NCBI RefSeq assembly: GCF_009914755.1
Contig: NC_060926.1
Reading direction: 5' to 3' (one strand)
Length of the DNA stretch: 64,000 nucleotides
DNA from: the human T2T-CHM13v2.0 reference genome, Homo sapiens
Made by a program: the position numbers and the translations under genes. This document shows, piece after piece, positions 31,101 through 48,751 of this stretch; position 1 is the stretch's first letter; the number at the start of each line of letters is the position of its first letter. The notes below the pieces were generated by a model. It was not told the origin of the DNA, did not search any database, and was given only the letters and a program-made list of their open reading frames with translations.

Positions 31101-33333
31101 TTACTGTGGATTCATTTTGATCGAGGTGTTAAGAATCACACCATTTTTAAAAAGGTTGATAGCATTTGGAAGATTAACAAAAGCCTTAGATGCATTGACA
31201 TCTGTCCCTCCCATGAAGAAGTGAATTATTTCTCTTTTGCTATTGTTCTGAATAGCCTATAAGCTATGCACTTGAAAAGATTAAACTATACAAAAATAAA
31301 CAAAATGTGAATGAATCCTATTTATTTTATAGAATTTCAGAATCTAGATGTTGGGCTGGAACTTAGATGTTATCTAGTCCAATCTCCCTTCCGAAAGTTA
31401 TTTGGTAAATATGTAAATAAACTCAGATTTTAACTTTTTCCCCTATGCATGAGACTGAAGTATCTTTTAAAGAAATGTGAAATCTACTTGAATCAGAATA
31501 AAATATATACATATTATTCATATTATTTCTAAACTTTAGAATGTCAAAATATTCTCAGAACTGAATTGTGATCCGACATTTCATTTGGTCTAAATGCCAT
31601 TGGGAAGCAGTTTCCTCCACTTTTTATGGGGAGTGGGAAGCGACAGGGCATGAGATCTCACCGCGCTGGGGACACCACATCTAACTCCATGTCCCGCGCA
31701 GCGCAGCCAGGCAGTAACCAGCAAGGACTGCCGCTGCTGCAGAGAGGAGGTTGTGCTGACCCAGGAATAACAGCTATGAGCTGATGATGTCAGTAACTTT
31801 TAAAATAGCTTATTTAAAAATCTTTTCAGTGACCTCAGCTACACTTAATGCCAGTTAGCTCATCTGGACATAGGCAGGAAATGTTAGAAGGTTGGGTGAC
31901 AACTGGAACTCCAAGCAGCTGTTATCCTAAGAAGCTCATTTTAGGAAAGAACTTGTCTGAACAAGTCGGAGACTGAAGATACCCTCGGTATCTAGTGACC
32001 ATGATGTAGATATAGATCCAGTGTGTCCCCAGCCATGCAAGTCTGCAGAAAATCTAGCATCACAAGAACAGTTACACATGGTATTTCTAGCGCTCTGCCC
32101 ATATCTTCTGTGATGGCAACTCTGGTGCCCTTTCTGGGTCTCCTGTGTATTTTGGAGATTCTGTGGATGACTCACATGGATTCATGGGCTTAATTCTATC
32201 AGTCACTGTGGGTTTCCTCTATTGCCCCTCCTTACGATTCTCTTCTGCAGCCATGCAGCCACCGCAGCAGGTGATGCCTGGATTCTGCTGCATCCAGGCT
32301 GCAGATGCCTGATACCTGACACCCTCGGAACTGACGTCTGCACTGAGAGCACATCTCCCAACTGCAGAGCCCAGGTGATGGTGCTGCTGCCAGCAGAAGT
32401 GCTGATGGGCCAAGCTCCTACAAAGCTTTCTTGGTCTTCTGGAGCCTTCAGTGTGTTGAAGCCACACCAAAGCAGAAGGCGCTTTCTCATTAGTGGAATA
32501 GTATGTTAATTGGACACCAAAGCTATGCCATAAAATCATCAACACTGTATAATTGTTGCTATTGAAATGCTTATGGTTCATTATTAAACATGCTCTTATT
32601 AAAAATTTGACCATTTATTCCACAACACCTAGGTCATCACTCCACCTGCCTCTGCATCCCGATGTGCTGGGATTACAGGCATGAGCCACCACGCCCAGCC
32701 TTACTATCTGGCTTTTTACAAAAAAGGTGTACCAACCCTTTATTTTTATTTTTATTAATAATTTTTTGTACTCAGCAAAAATACTACTGATTTACCGTTT
32801 ATTATAAAGGGTATAATTCAGGAACAGCCAAATGGAAGAGAGATAAAGGGTAAAGAAATGTGTTGAGGGAAGATGGGATGCGTAAGTAATCCTCCAACTC
32901 TTGATTTAGATTTTCAAATGAAAAATAGATTAAGTTCCACTCCAGAACATAAATTTAAAGAAGATGAATAATCCTATGGTGGATTTTAAAGAGGAGTCAG
33001 AGTATTGCATTTGAGGTATAGATCACAAGTGAAATCTTGAAGAATGAATGGACTTTTCTCGGAGGGATCAATACAATTGTTCTTTCAGGGACAAGCAAAT
33101 ATGGGAAGTATATGACTCTTGAGATATATAGTTGATCTGTCTCATAGCATGCATTTAAAATTTTGAAAGGTACTAACACATTGCTCTCCAAAGAGATTTT
33201 TATTAGTTCATATTCTCACTATAGTATATGAAAGTGCCTGTGGGCTGTCATCAATATGAAAAAATTTCCAAGCCTGAAGAGCAACAAATAACATATCCTT
33301 ATTGTTTTAAGTTGCATTTAAAAAATTACTAGT

Positions 33334-36300
33334 GAAATAATACCAAACAGTCTCTCAGACCACAGTGCAATCAAATTAGAACTCAGGATTAAGAAACTCA
33401 CTCAAAACCACACAATTACATGGAAATTGAACAACCTGATCCTGAATGACTCCTGGGTTAATAATGAAATTAAGGCAAAAATCAAGTTTTTTGAAACCAA
33501 TGAGAACAAAGAGACAACCTACCAGAATCTCTGGGACACAGCTAAAGCAGTGTTAAGAGGGAATTTTATGGTACTAAATACCCACATGAGAAAGCTAGAA
33601 AGATCTCAAGTTGACACCCTAACATCACAATTAGAAGAGCTACAGAGGCAAGAGCAAATTAATCCAAAATCTGGCAGAAGACAAGAGATAACTAAGATCA
33701 GAGCGGAATTGAAGGAGATAGAGATACAAAAACCCTGCAAAAAATCAATGAATCCAGAAGCCGGTTTTTTGAAAAAATTAACAAAATAGATATATTGCTA
33801 GCTAGACTAATGAAGAAGAAAATAGAGAAGAATCAAATAGACACAATAAAAAATGACAAAGGGGATAACACCACTGACTCCACAGAAATACAAACTACCA
33901 TCAGAGAATAATATAAACACCTCTATGCAAACAAGCTAGAAAATCTATAAGAAATGGATAAATTCCTGGACACATACACCCTTCCAAGGCTAAACCAGGA
34001 AGAAGTCGAATCCCTGAATAGACCAATAACAAGTTCTGAAATTGAGGCAGCAATTAATAGTCTACCAATAAAAAACAAGCCCAGGACCAGATAGATTCAC
34101 AGCCAAATTCTACCAGAGGTACAAAGAGGAGCTGGTCCCATTCCTTCTGAAACTATGCCAAACAATTGAAAAGGAGGGACCCCTCCCTAATGCATTTTCC
34201 GAAGCCAGCATCGACCTAATACCAAAACCTGGCAATGACACAAAAAAATTGAAAACTTCAGGCCAATATCCCTGATGAACATTGATGCGAAAATACTCGA
34301 TAAAATACTGGCAAACCGAATCCAGCAGCACATCAAAAAACTTACCTACCAAGATCAAGTCAGCTTCATCCCTGGGAAACAAGCCTGGCTCAACATATGC
34401 AAATCAATAAATGTAATCCATCACATAAACAGAACCAAAGAAAAAAAACACATGATTTTCTCAATAAATGCAGAAAAGGCCTTTGATAAAATTCAACATC
34501 GCTTCATGTTAAAAACTCTCAATAAACCAGCTATTGATGGAACATATCTCAAAATAATAAGAGCTATTTATGACAAATCCACAGCAAATATCATACTGAA
34601 TGGGCAAAAGCTTGAAGCATTTCCTGTGAAAACCAGCACAAGACAAGGATGCCCTCTCTCACCATTCCTATTCAACATAGTATTGGAAGTTCTGGCCAGG
34701 GCAATCAGGCAAGAGAAAGAAATAATGGGCATTCACGTAGGAAGAGAGGAAGTAAAATTGCCTCTGTTTGCAGATGACTTGATTCTATGTTTAGAAAATC
34801 CCATCATCTCAGCCCAAAAACCCCTTAAGTTGATAAACAACTTTAGCAAAGTCTCAGGATACAAAATCAATGTGCAAAAATCACAAGCATTCCTTTACAC
34901 CAACAATAGACAAGCAGAGAGCCAAATCATGAATGAATTCCCATTCACAATTGCTGCAAAGAGAATAAAATACCCAGGAATACAGCTAACAAGGGATGTG
35001 AAGGACCTCTTCAAGGAGAACTACAAACCACTGCTCAATGAAATAAGAGAGGACACATACAAATGGAAAAACATTCCATCCTCATGGATAGAAAGAATCA
35101 ATATCATGAAAATGACCATACTGCCCAAAGTAATTTATAGATTCCATGCTATTCCCATCAAACTACCATTGACGTGTTTCACAGAATTAGAAAAAAAAAA
35201 CACTTTATGGCATCAAAGAAGACCCCATATAGCTGAGACAATCCTAAGCAAAAAGAACAAAGGTGGAGGCATCATGCTACCTGACTTCAAACTATACTAC
35301 AAGGTTACAGTAACCAAAAGAGCATGGTACTGGTACCAAAACAGACATATAAACCAATGGAACAGAACAGAGACCTCAAAAATAATACTACACATCTACA
35401 ACCATCTGATCTTTGACAAACCTGACAAAAACAAGCAATGGAGAAAGGATCTCCTATGCAATAAACGGTGCTGGGAAAACTGGCTAGCCATATGCAGAAA
35501 ACTGAAACTGGACCCCTTCCTTACACCTTATACAAAAATTAACTCGAGATGAATTAAAGACTTAAATGTAAAACCCCAAACCATAAAAACGCTAGGAGAA
35601 AACCTAGGCAATACCATTCAGGACATAGGCATGGGCAAAGACTTCATGACAAACATACCAAAAGCAATTGCAACAAAAGTCGGAATTGACAAATGGGATC
35701 TAATGAAACTAAAGAGCTTCTGCACAGCAAACGAAACTGTCATCAGAGTGAACAGGCAATGGAAGAACATTTTTGCAATCTACCCATCTGACAAAGGTCG
35801 AATATTCAGAGTCTACAAGGAACTTAAACAAATTTACAAGAAAAAAGCAACCTCATCAAAAAGTGGGCAAAAGATATGAACAGACATTTCTCAAAAGAAG
35901 GCATTTATGCAGTCAACAAACATGAAAAAAAGCTCAACATCACTGATCATCAGAGAATTGCAAATCAAAACCACAATGAAATACCATCTCACTCTAGTCA
36001 GAATGGTGATTATTAAAAAGTCGAGAAACAATAGATGCTGGGAAGGCTGTGGAGAAATAGAAACACTTCTATACTGTTGGTGGGAATGTAAATTAGTTCA
36101 GCCATTGTGGAAGACAGTATGGTGATTCCTCAGGGATCTAGAACCATAAATACCATTTGACCCAGCAATCCCATTACTGGGAATATACCCAAAGGAATAT
36201 AAATCATTCTACTATAAAGACACATGCACACATATGTTTATTGCAGCACTATTTACAATAGTGAAGTCATGGAACGAACCAAAATGCCCATCAGTAATAG

Positions 36301-36651
36301 ACTGGATAAAGAAAATGTGGTATATATACACCATGGAATATTATGCAGCCATAAAAAGAAAGGAGATCATGTCTTTTGCAGGAACATGGACAAAGCTGGA
36401 AGCTATCATCCTCTGCAAACTAATACGGGAACAGAAAGCCAAATACTGCATATTCTCACTCATAAGTGCAAGCTGAACAATGAGAAAACATGGACACAGG
36501 GAGCAGAAAAACACACCAGGACCTGTTGGGGTTGGGGGGCAAGGGGAGGGAACTTAGAGGTCAGGTTAATAGGCGCAGCAAACCACCATGGCACACATAT
36601 ACCTATGTAACAAACCTGCACATTCTGCACATGTATCCTGGAACTTAAAAA
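33334..36651 (+). mobile_element. 5'-truncated LINE-1 (L1PA8-like), about 3.3 kb
   Basis: Starts in the ORF2 endonuclease C-terminus (ctctcagaccacagtgca = LSDHSA) and runs through RT, the C-terminal domain, 3'UTR and A-tail. A 14-bp TSD aaaaaattactagt sits at 33320-33333 and 36652-36665. Confidence 0.95.
34275..35552 (+). pseudogene. Residual L1 ORF2 reverse-transcriptase reading frame (425 aa)
   Basis: Contains RQGCPLSP and LFADD motifs. Neighbouring ORF2 pieces (33427-33789, 35631-35879, 35907-36125, 36234-36476) are broken by stops and frameshifts. Confidence 0.9.
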
Positions 36652-36923
36652 AAAAAATTACTAGTTAGATGGACATTTTTCATCATTATTGACCATCTAT
36701 ATATTTCTTTTGTAAAATACGTTTTCCTGTCTTTTGTCCTCATTTTTTTCTCTTAGATTTTCTTTTCATATTAGATTTGTAGGAGTTTTTCCTATGTTGT
36801 AAATAGTAACTTTTTGTATTTTATACTTATTTCAAATATTTTTCTAGGCTGTCATTTGGGCTTTAACTTTTAAAAAAACACAAAAAATAGCTAATATTAA
36901 CTAAGCACTTACTATCCACCTGA

Positions 36924-37259
<336 letters not shown>

Positions 37260-38461
37260 TACCTCATTTACTTCTCATCGTAACTTTATGAGGTGGGGAA
37301 CTATTATTACCCTGGTGTTACAAACAAGGAAACTGAGTCAAACTGAGTCACAAAAAAGCCAAGTAACTTGCCCAAGGTCACATGGACAGGAAATATCAGA
37401 GCTGGGGTTAGAACCCGGGTAAGATCTTCACCACTCTTCCATATTGCCTTCCTCACAGGCATTAGTCAAGATCTCATTTAATCTTCACAACGACCCTAGA
37501 GGAGGCTACGATTGCTCTCTGCAACAGATCTCATTTCACAGGTGAGGAATCTGAGACTCAGAGAGGTGAAAGCCCTTTGCCCAGGATAAGAGGTAGGGCT
37601 GGAATTTGAATGCAACTCTGTCTGAGTCCAAAACCCGTGATGTTTCTCCATGTTACAATTCCAAGGAATCTTTCTTTTACCTTGAGGGCCTCTCTTGAAA
37701 GATAAAAGAAAGGTAAAAACCGAGGTGAGCTTGGGAAGACCTTGCTAGGAACTGCTGGAGTCACAGGGCTTTTTGCTCAGGACTTCTAAGCTCCTATAGA
37801 GACCTGCCCAGTTTTCTGACTGCGCTGGTTTAGAATACTCCCTTCCTCTATCCTAAACCTGAACGTGCATCACAGTACAATATGCCATACTGCACTGGTC
37901 AGTGTTTAATGGGACTCTTGAGTCTGTAGTCCACTTGCATCTAACAGGACCTCTTTTCCCTTGCTGTGGACCACAGCCTGCCCCCTACCCAATTCTGCTT
38001 TTGAAAACATGAGTTGAGAGCATGGAGGAAGGTGGTGCTAGAATACATCATCTCCGTAAAAAGAGATTTCAGGGTCTTTATCATGGGCACCCTTCAAGAA
38101 AATTTACCTTATTGTGGGGACCAGGGATCAAGATTGAGGGGCCCTGGCTCCACAGACTGTACAGTGGTTCTGGCCTTAGATAGTTTGTCACATGAGAGAG
38201 GAATATATGTACTTTGGGTAAGCCTGTGTTTTATTTAACAATACCCACTTTCATGCTGAGACAGCTAATAAGCATATAACTTTGGTAATTCAAGAAAAGA
38301 CAAGTTAAAACCATGAGATACCATTTTATATCCACTAGATTGGCAAAAATTTTAAAGTCTAACAATACTAACTGTTGATAGAATCCTGCCAATATGAGAA
38401 TAAATGCGTAAATTTTGTGAAACAATTTGGTGGTTGTTATCTTGTAAAGTATGACGCTGTG

Positions 38462-38882
<421 letters not shown>

Positions 38883-40851
38883 CTATTCGCAGGAGAACTA
38901 TAAATAATATCGGGTATATTCACAGAACAGAATGTTATACAGAGGTGCAAATGAGTGAATACATGTACAGCTATATGCATCAACATAATGCCTGTGATGT
39001 TTGAACTTTAGGAATGTAATACTGGGTAACAAAAACAAGCTAAAAAGAATGTATATAATATTATGTTTCCAGTTCTTGTGCAATATATTCTGTTAATTCT
39101 CTGAGGTTATTAATTATTTTTTCTTTTCTTCCTTGCATTGTTCTTCTCACACAGTTCTTTGTGATTTGCATGTTTGTTTTCATTTCTAGCTTCATCTTAA
39201 CGGTTTTCTTCCTGTGCCTAGTTATCTTTTGATGCCATTCAAGTTCAGATATAAGGCACTAAAAGTCTTACTTGTGCTTGGGTGGTATTTTTCAACTTAT
39301 CTTGCTCCCAGTGGCTGGCTGGGCAGAGACCTGGTCGTTTGTTGGAGGCCTCCTCAGTGTCATATCTGATAGTCGTTTCCCCAGAGAGGTACACCCCAAT
39401 CATGCTCTGGGTGGGTGTTGGCCTGGCTACCAATATCCCTGACCCAAGAAGAGGGGGTGAGCTGACTATTATCTCACTGTCTGGTATGCAGACTTTATCT
39501 ATCTGTTTTCATATGTGCTTTATCTCCATTTTTAGCTGTGATGGTTGTCTTAGAATCCTCTCTTGTCTTCCTTATTCAACATCTCTGAAATGAGCAGTTC
39601 TCAAAGTATGGGCTACAGGCTCCTGAGAGTCTCTGAGACTCAAGAGTCTAAGAGGTGTAAACTATTTTCATAGTAATACCAAGATGTTATTTGATTTTTT
39701 TCTATGTCAACATTTGCACTGACAGTGCAAAAAAAATGGTGAGTAAAATTGCTGACACCTTAGCATGAATCAAGGCAGAAATTGTGTAATTTTCACTGTG
39801 ATTCAGTCAGGGTGGAGAAAAAAAGCAAGCAAACTTCAAAATGTCCTTGAAGATGCAGTAAAAGTTATTATGAAAATCTTTTATGAAATCTTTACCCTTG
39901 AGTGCATATCTTTATAATACTCTCTGTTATTATAATATCTAAAGGAAAAACATACATGTGTGATTCTTGGAGCTGTGAGCTGAACTAGCCACTTTTTTGT
40001 GGAAACACAATTTTTGCTTGAAAGAAATGGCAATCTGGTTATTCAGACTTGGGTATTTGGTAGACATTTTCTTGAAAATGAATAAAATGACCCTGTCACT
40101 TCAGACAAAATGGTATTGGTTGCTGATGATATGATTCAAACTTTCAAGTGAAAATTAGAATCTTGAAAAACTTGTATCTGCTACCATAATCTTGACAGTT
40201 TCCCAATAATTTAATATTATTGTGATGAAATTGGGGATGATATTTTCAAAAATATGGTTTTTAAAAATATTGTGGTATAAGCCATCAATATTTAGAAGAT
40301 TTATATAACTTGGTGAGCCAATATTTTTCAAATGATCAATGCATCATGCTACAAAATGGTGCAAGGATAGCATAAATCTATTTGAAGTGCAAGGCAGATC
40401 AATAACTTAAATAACTGCACACCAAAAGTTTATTGATATGGCTTTAAATTTTACATCACGACTAACCTTTAGAAACTTTGAGTTTTGGTGTGTTTGTAAG
40501 AAGAATATGTACAATTATCTCAAAAGACTATTAAAATACTGTTTCCTTTTCCATATCTGTGTGAGGTCATATTTTCTTCATTTACTTCAACCATAACAAC
40601 GTATCACAACTGTTCAAACACAGAAGCAGCTATGAGAACCCAGCTGTTTTATTGAGCTAGATATTAACATGCTTTAAAAAATGTAAAACAATATCACTCA
40701 TTATTGATTTTTTTTTTGTTTTAGAAAAACAAAACATTTTTCACCAAGAAATCTTATTTGTGTTAACTTGTAATGGATTATTATTGTTATTTTAAAATGA
40801 ATGAATGCTTTTTAAATTTCTCAGTTTTTAATTTCTAATTGGTAAATGTCA

Positions 40852-41581
<730 letters not shown>

Positions 41582-42098
41582 CTATTATAACAGGAGTGGG
41601 CCAATCACTGGGCTGTGGTCGTGAGAGAGTGAGAATCAACTTAACTCCCGTAAACAGGCTTTCAAATATATTCTTTTGCCAGAGCCCATTCTCTGGGTGT
41701 GAGGAAACAGGCTTCTTACTGATGTTTCTTCCTCCAACTGATTAGGGTTATTTTGAGTAATTAATTTTTTTGGTTAGCTCATATAGTTCATCAAGTTCTT
41801 TTTCTAAAAAGTCAAAAAGATGTATGTGTGTATACTTTTCAAGCCCTTAAACACATGAAAATGTCTTTTTGAAAAGTCTTCAAACATATATGATAGATTG
41901 GCTGTGAGTCTGGGAAATTTTGTTGCTAGTTTTCTGATTTGTCAGTTTCGCTTTCTGCAGTTCCATTCTGCTCTGCTTTTGAATTATTGAATTTATAACC
42001 ACTTATCGGACCAGATCTTGGAGTTTTGCTGGAAGCTCCGTGCGAGAAAGGAACTCACTAGTGTCAAATACTTTTACATTCTGAGTAAGTTTCTAGAC

Positions 42099-42760
<662 letters not shown>

Positions 42761-44127
42761 TGTTAAACTAGTCACCATTCATGTAGGACTTGCTAAAGGG
42801 GTAAAAAGTTCTGCTAGATCAGCCAAGTGCTGGGCTACTGCTGCGTACTGTGATTGGGAAGATTGAGGAGAGGATTTCTCTGGAGCCTGGTCAGTGTGCT
42901 GGAGTCTCCACTCCTCTACTTCTCCCTATTTGGGAGGGAAGGACATGCTTCCCTTGCCTCAGACCAAGGGAGGGAGGTTTCAGGGAGACCTTCAGAGTGT
43001 TCCCAATCTGAAAGGTTTAAAGGGGGCACTGGAACAGAACTGCACTCCCATTGCTGGAGGCCTGGGAGCTCACATTGTGGGGCCAGATGCAGATCCCTTG
43101 AGGGAAGCATGCCTGGGGTTGGCTTAAAAAGAATCCTGTCCAAGAGGACCAACAGGAAGGATGAGGGACTCTTCACAGAGAATTTGCCTGCAGGGTCTCA
43201 CTCCTGAGGCTGAGCAGGGAGTCGGAATCAAACCACTGAAAGGGCCACCTTGTCCACATTGAAAGGTTTGTCATCATCTGTGTCCAATGGCAGAACCAGC
43301 ATGAACATCCCAGGAGAGAAGGAGCCAGCCCTGGTACACCAGCCATGCAGGGGCTGAACTCACCAGGCAAGACCTAGCGCAGGGAGTGCTGTCCCTAGTG
43401 GGGCATGGGCCTGGGGCAACTGAATGAGTGGGGCCACTTGAAGGGCCCCACTGTAGGGCATCTTGATGGTCCCTTAGGTTATCGTGAAAAGCAGAATTTT
43501 TCAAATTAAGCTGTAGTGATGTGTAGGAATGAGGAGTTAAGGCCCAAAGCCCAATAGACTGTCCCCTTTCCTCAGGCACTGGAACTGCTCAAGAGACAGG
43601 CCTGATGATGTAGCTTTCACCTTCCCCCTTTGACCCTGGAGAAATCATAAAATCAGACCTAGCAAATGGGGCTGGACAGGGAGCTAGGCTATGGTGAAGA
43701 CGCTGATCATTACCTTCTCCCTCTACTCCAGTTTTTAAGTTGGAGATGGGGAAACACTGTAAATTTTTTAAAAAAAGGATTATAGTGTTTTATAGTACAC
43801 TGGACTACAGTTATATGGCAATTAGACTGATTTGGATTTTATTAAAGCTAGGAGTTATTAGGAAATCTGTGAAACCTGCCTAAGATTTCATCCAAGGGAC
43901 AGAGAAAAACCTGATGGTCAGAACGGGGAGTATTGAGGAAAAAATATGATTTTATGATTGTATCCTACTGGGTTCAGCTCCTTTATGGATGTGCTGCATT
44001 TTCAGCTATGTCAACTCTTTATATGGGCTAATTTTTTTTGTTGTTGTTGTTTACTCTTTGTCCTTCAAGAGACCGATCTCTATATTTCAATGTTAGAATT
44101 GATGTTAACTTCTGTTCCTGTTCCTAT

Positions 44128-44436
44128 TGCTGTAGGAAAAAAAAACCGGATTCTTGTCACACGACCAGGAAAGATTAGGCATGCAGACACTTTAAAGGGT
44201 GAAAGGTTACAGAATTTATTGGGAGAAAAGAAAAAAGACTCTTTCAGCCAAGCAAGAGGGGTTCCTGTTAACAGGCCCCCATCTCACAGACTGAATCCCA
44301 GGTTACCACCCAGGAATAGGAGAGGCCAGGCTCCTACCCGCTGCAAATGGCGTGAACCTCCCAAGGCCCCACTCCATCCTCCCAGTGCACAGGCCGGTCA
44401 GAGGTTCTCTGGGGAGCCCTTTTTCTCACTGTCTCA
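44128..44436 (-). mobile_element. ERV1 solo LTR (MER61-like)
   Basis: TG...CA termini with a 4-bp TSD ctat (44124-44127 and 44437-44440); body resembles the MER61 reverse complement. Confidence 0.75.
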
Positions 44437-45313
44437 CTATCATTCGAGCCCAAACAGAAAGTAGAGTAAATTTTAGATTCATTAAATCTGGGCAGGTGCA
44501 AACCCATGAGCACAGGGTTTAGCTGGAGGAGGGTACTATTGCACACAATAACAAGGTACCTCTTCCCCAGGGCAGCCTTGACTTGTGCTGGAGGGCTTGC
44601 TACACACAGCTTGGATCTCAGCCTTCAGTTGCCTTCATGGCCATCACTGTTCAGTAAACAAACTACAGGGTGCTCTGTAAACCTGCAGCTCCCCCTAGCA
44701 TGCCCTTTCATTAGAGCAACTGCCCTCATTCGCAGGCAGAATAGCCACACTCCTTTAGGTGGTTGGCTCTTTGCAAGTGTGAGCTGGCAGCCAGTGCCCG
44801 GCTGTACTCTTCCATGCACTGGGCCTGCTGCACTTCCCTGAATTTCTAGCAGGACTGGTATTTGGTCCTCATTGACCCTCAACAGTCCACACCTCCAGTA
44901 GTTAGAGCTCTGGGCTCACCTGTATTAATGAGATTCTTCTAGAGGATTCATTCTGTTCGTTATTGGTGGTTATTGGTGGTGTAATGCCTCTGTTTAAGAA
45001 TACTATAAAAAACCTGAAATCTGGACGCTTTCCAGCCAGGGAATTATACCCCGAATTAAAATCTTAAACTTAACAAAGGCACATCCTTTAAAAAGCAACC
45101 TTCTGTAACTCCATGATCCTCAAGGGGAGAGGAAGAACTGATCAAACAAAGATCCCACTGAAAAAAAGAATTCTTACTGAATTTAAAGCCTTTCCGAATG
45201 AAGAGAATGTGAACATAACAATATGGAAATGGTTGCATTGGAATCTCCATCTGTACATGATGAAAATGAGAAAGTGGAGAAGAATTGGAAATGCTTTCTT
45301 TTTACTAAAATGA

Positions 45314-45633
<320 letters not shown>

Positions 45634-45639
45634 ACTCTT

Positions 45640-46950
<1,311 letters not shown>

Positions 46951-47169
46951 AAGTGCTTTCTTTTGAGCAAGTGGGTATATGTTCACACTTTTATATATTC
47001 TTAAATCATTTCCATATGAATTTGTGTATCTGTTGAAAGGGGATTACTCAGTATGTGGGCTCAGTTCCCTCTTTTGAACTGAAGCCCATTGGGCACCAAC
47101 TAGATATTCTCTAATAGGTTTAAGTGAATTAGACAACTTAATGCTTTCTTTTTGTTGGGAGAAAGTTCT

Positions 47170-47657
47170 CCATGGGTTTTTTGTGTATAGGTACAACTTG
47201 CAAGCAGAGGTACTCTATTTTATGGATGCTTGTACAGTGAACAACAGCTTTGAAGGTAGAGGTTGTCTCCTTCCAGAGCAAAGGGCAGATTCACTTACTG
47301 TCCAGTAAAATAAAAATAAGGTCTGCCTCTGAGACAAAGTTTGGGCTGGTTTGCTTGCAGCCCATTACAAAAGATTCATGTTCCCTAAGCTCTGGGTCCT
47401 CAATTGTGATGCGAACCCTCAGTATGTGCAGCATCCATCTAGGCCGCTCCACTTTGTCCTTGGTAGACTTAGGGCCAAAAAGCATCAAGACCAATATGGA
47501 GCTAATTCTGTTTACTGTGCTGTGAGTAGCAAAGTCCTTTGTCTCACTCAAAACTCCAGAAGTCTTGAGTCTTCTGTGAGCATCCCTGAAACAGGCAGGC
47601 TGACCTGTTAACTTACAAGTAGGGTAACATCTCAGACTCTTCTCACAGGTTTTGACA
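47170..47657 (+). mobile_element. MER68-like ERVL LTR
   Basis: 3' end gcaggctgacctgttaacttacaagtagggtaacatctcagac...ttgaca. Confidence 0.65.
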
Positions 47658-48295
47658 CCTTTTACTTAATTTATATTTAGCACTAGAGGTAGTCTGATAT
47701 TTCTCAGCTAAATTTAATGTCTCTTTTGAATTACCAATGCTAAAGAATAACTTTGAAAAAGATAAAACGATGACTCTTACATATAATAGAATGAAAACAT
47801 GTCAAAATTTTATTTAACTCATGAATTAAAGGGGAAACTAGCCAGAGGTCACCACCAGTTCAAAGGCAAGGTCAAAGACCAATTTATATAGAGTAAAGCA
47901 ACGTTGAAATTCATTTACCAATGGACACAAAATTGACTTTTTCCATGGGAGGCGGGGTGGAGTGCGGGTGTGGGGTAAGGTGGAGTCTACTGAACTTCCA
48001 TCAGGCAGAATTTATTTGCATGTTTATAGACAAGAATTATTTGTATTTATCCACAATCTACCGAGCTCTAGAATAACTCCAAGACAAGAAAAAAACACAG
48101 ATTCCATAGAAACAAATAACTTAGAAAAGTGTGCTGTAAAGAATGCATAGTTTTCCATTGGAGATGCTCAGTAATCATTTTTGCTTATTCAGAAGTCTTA
48201 ACTTGCCCTTACAGCAATAAAATGTGCTACAAGAATAATGTTTCCAAGGTTATTGATCAAATGTGTACAGAAAGAGATGTTAAAAAGTCATTCTA

Positions 48296-48590
<295 letters not shown>

Positions 48591-48732
48591 CTAGACACAT
48601 ATACATAAGATACTGGAGGAGGTTCTAATGATCTGATCTGGGAGAGGGATCTGACACAGCAGAAGAAAACTTGGTCAAACTCTGTTGAGAGAAGTCCTGA
48701 AAGGCGTCATTGATTCAGATAGTTCTCTTTAC

Positions 48733-48751
48733 TGACCACTAGGTGTCGCTA
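48733..48751 (+). promoter_or_regulatory. Candidate CTCF site
   Basis: TGACCACTAGGTGTCGCTA is close to the CTCF core consensus TGGCCASYAGRKGGCRSYA and lies in a locally CpG-retaining patch. Confidence 0.55.

Noticed and set aside
43958-44464. 168-aa ORF
   Set aside because: It runs through a MER61-like solo LTR, has a non-ATG start and shows no protein similarity I recognise.
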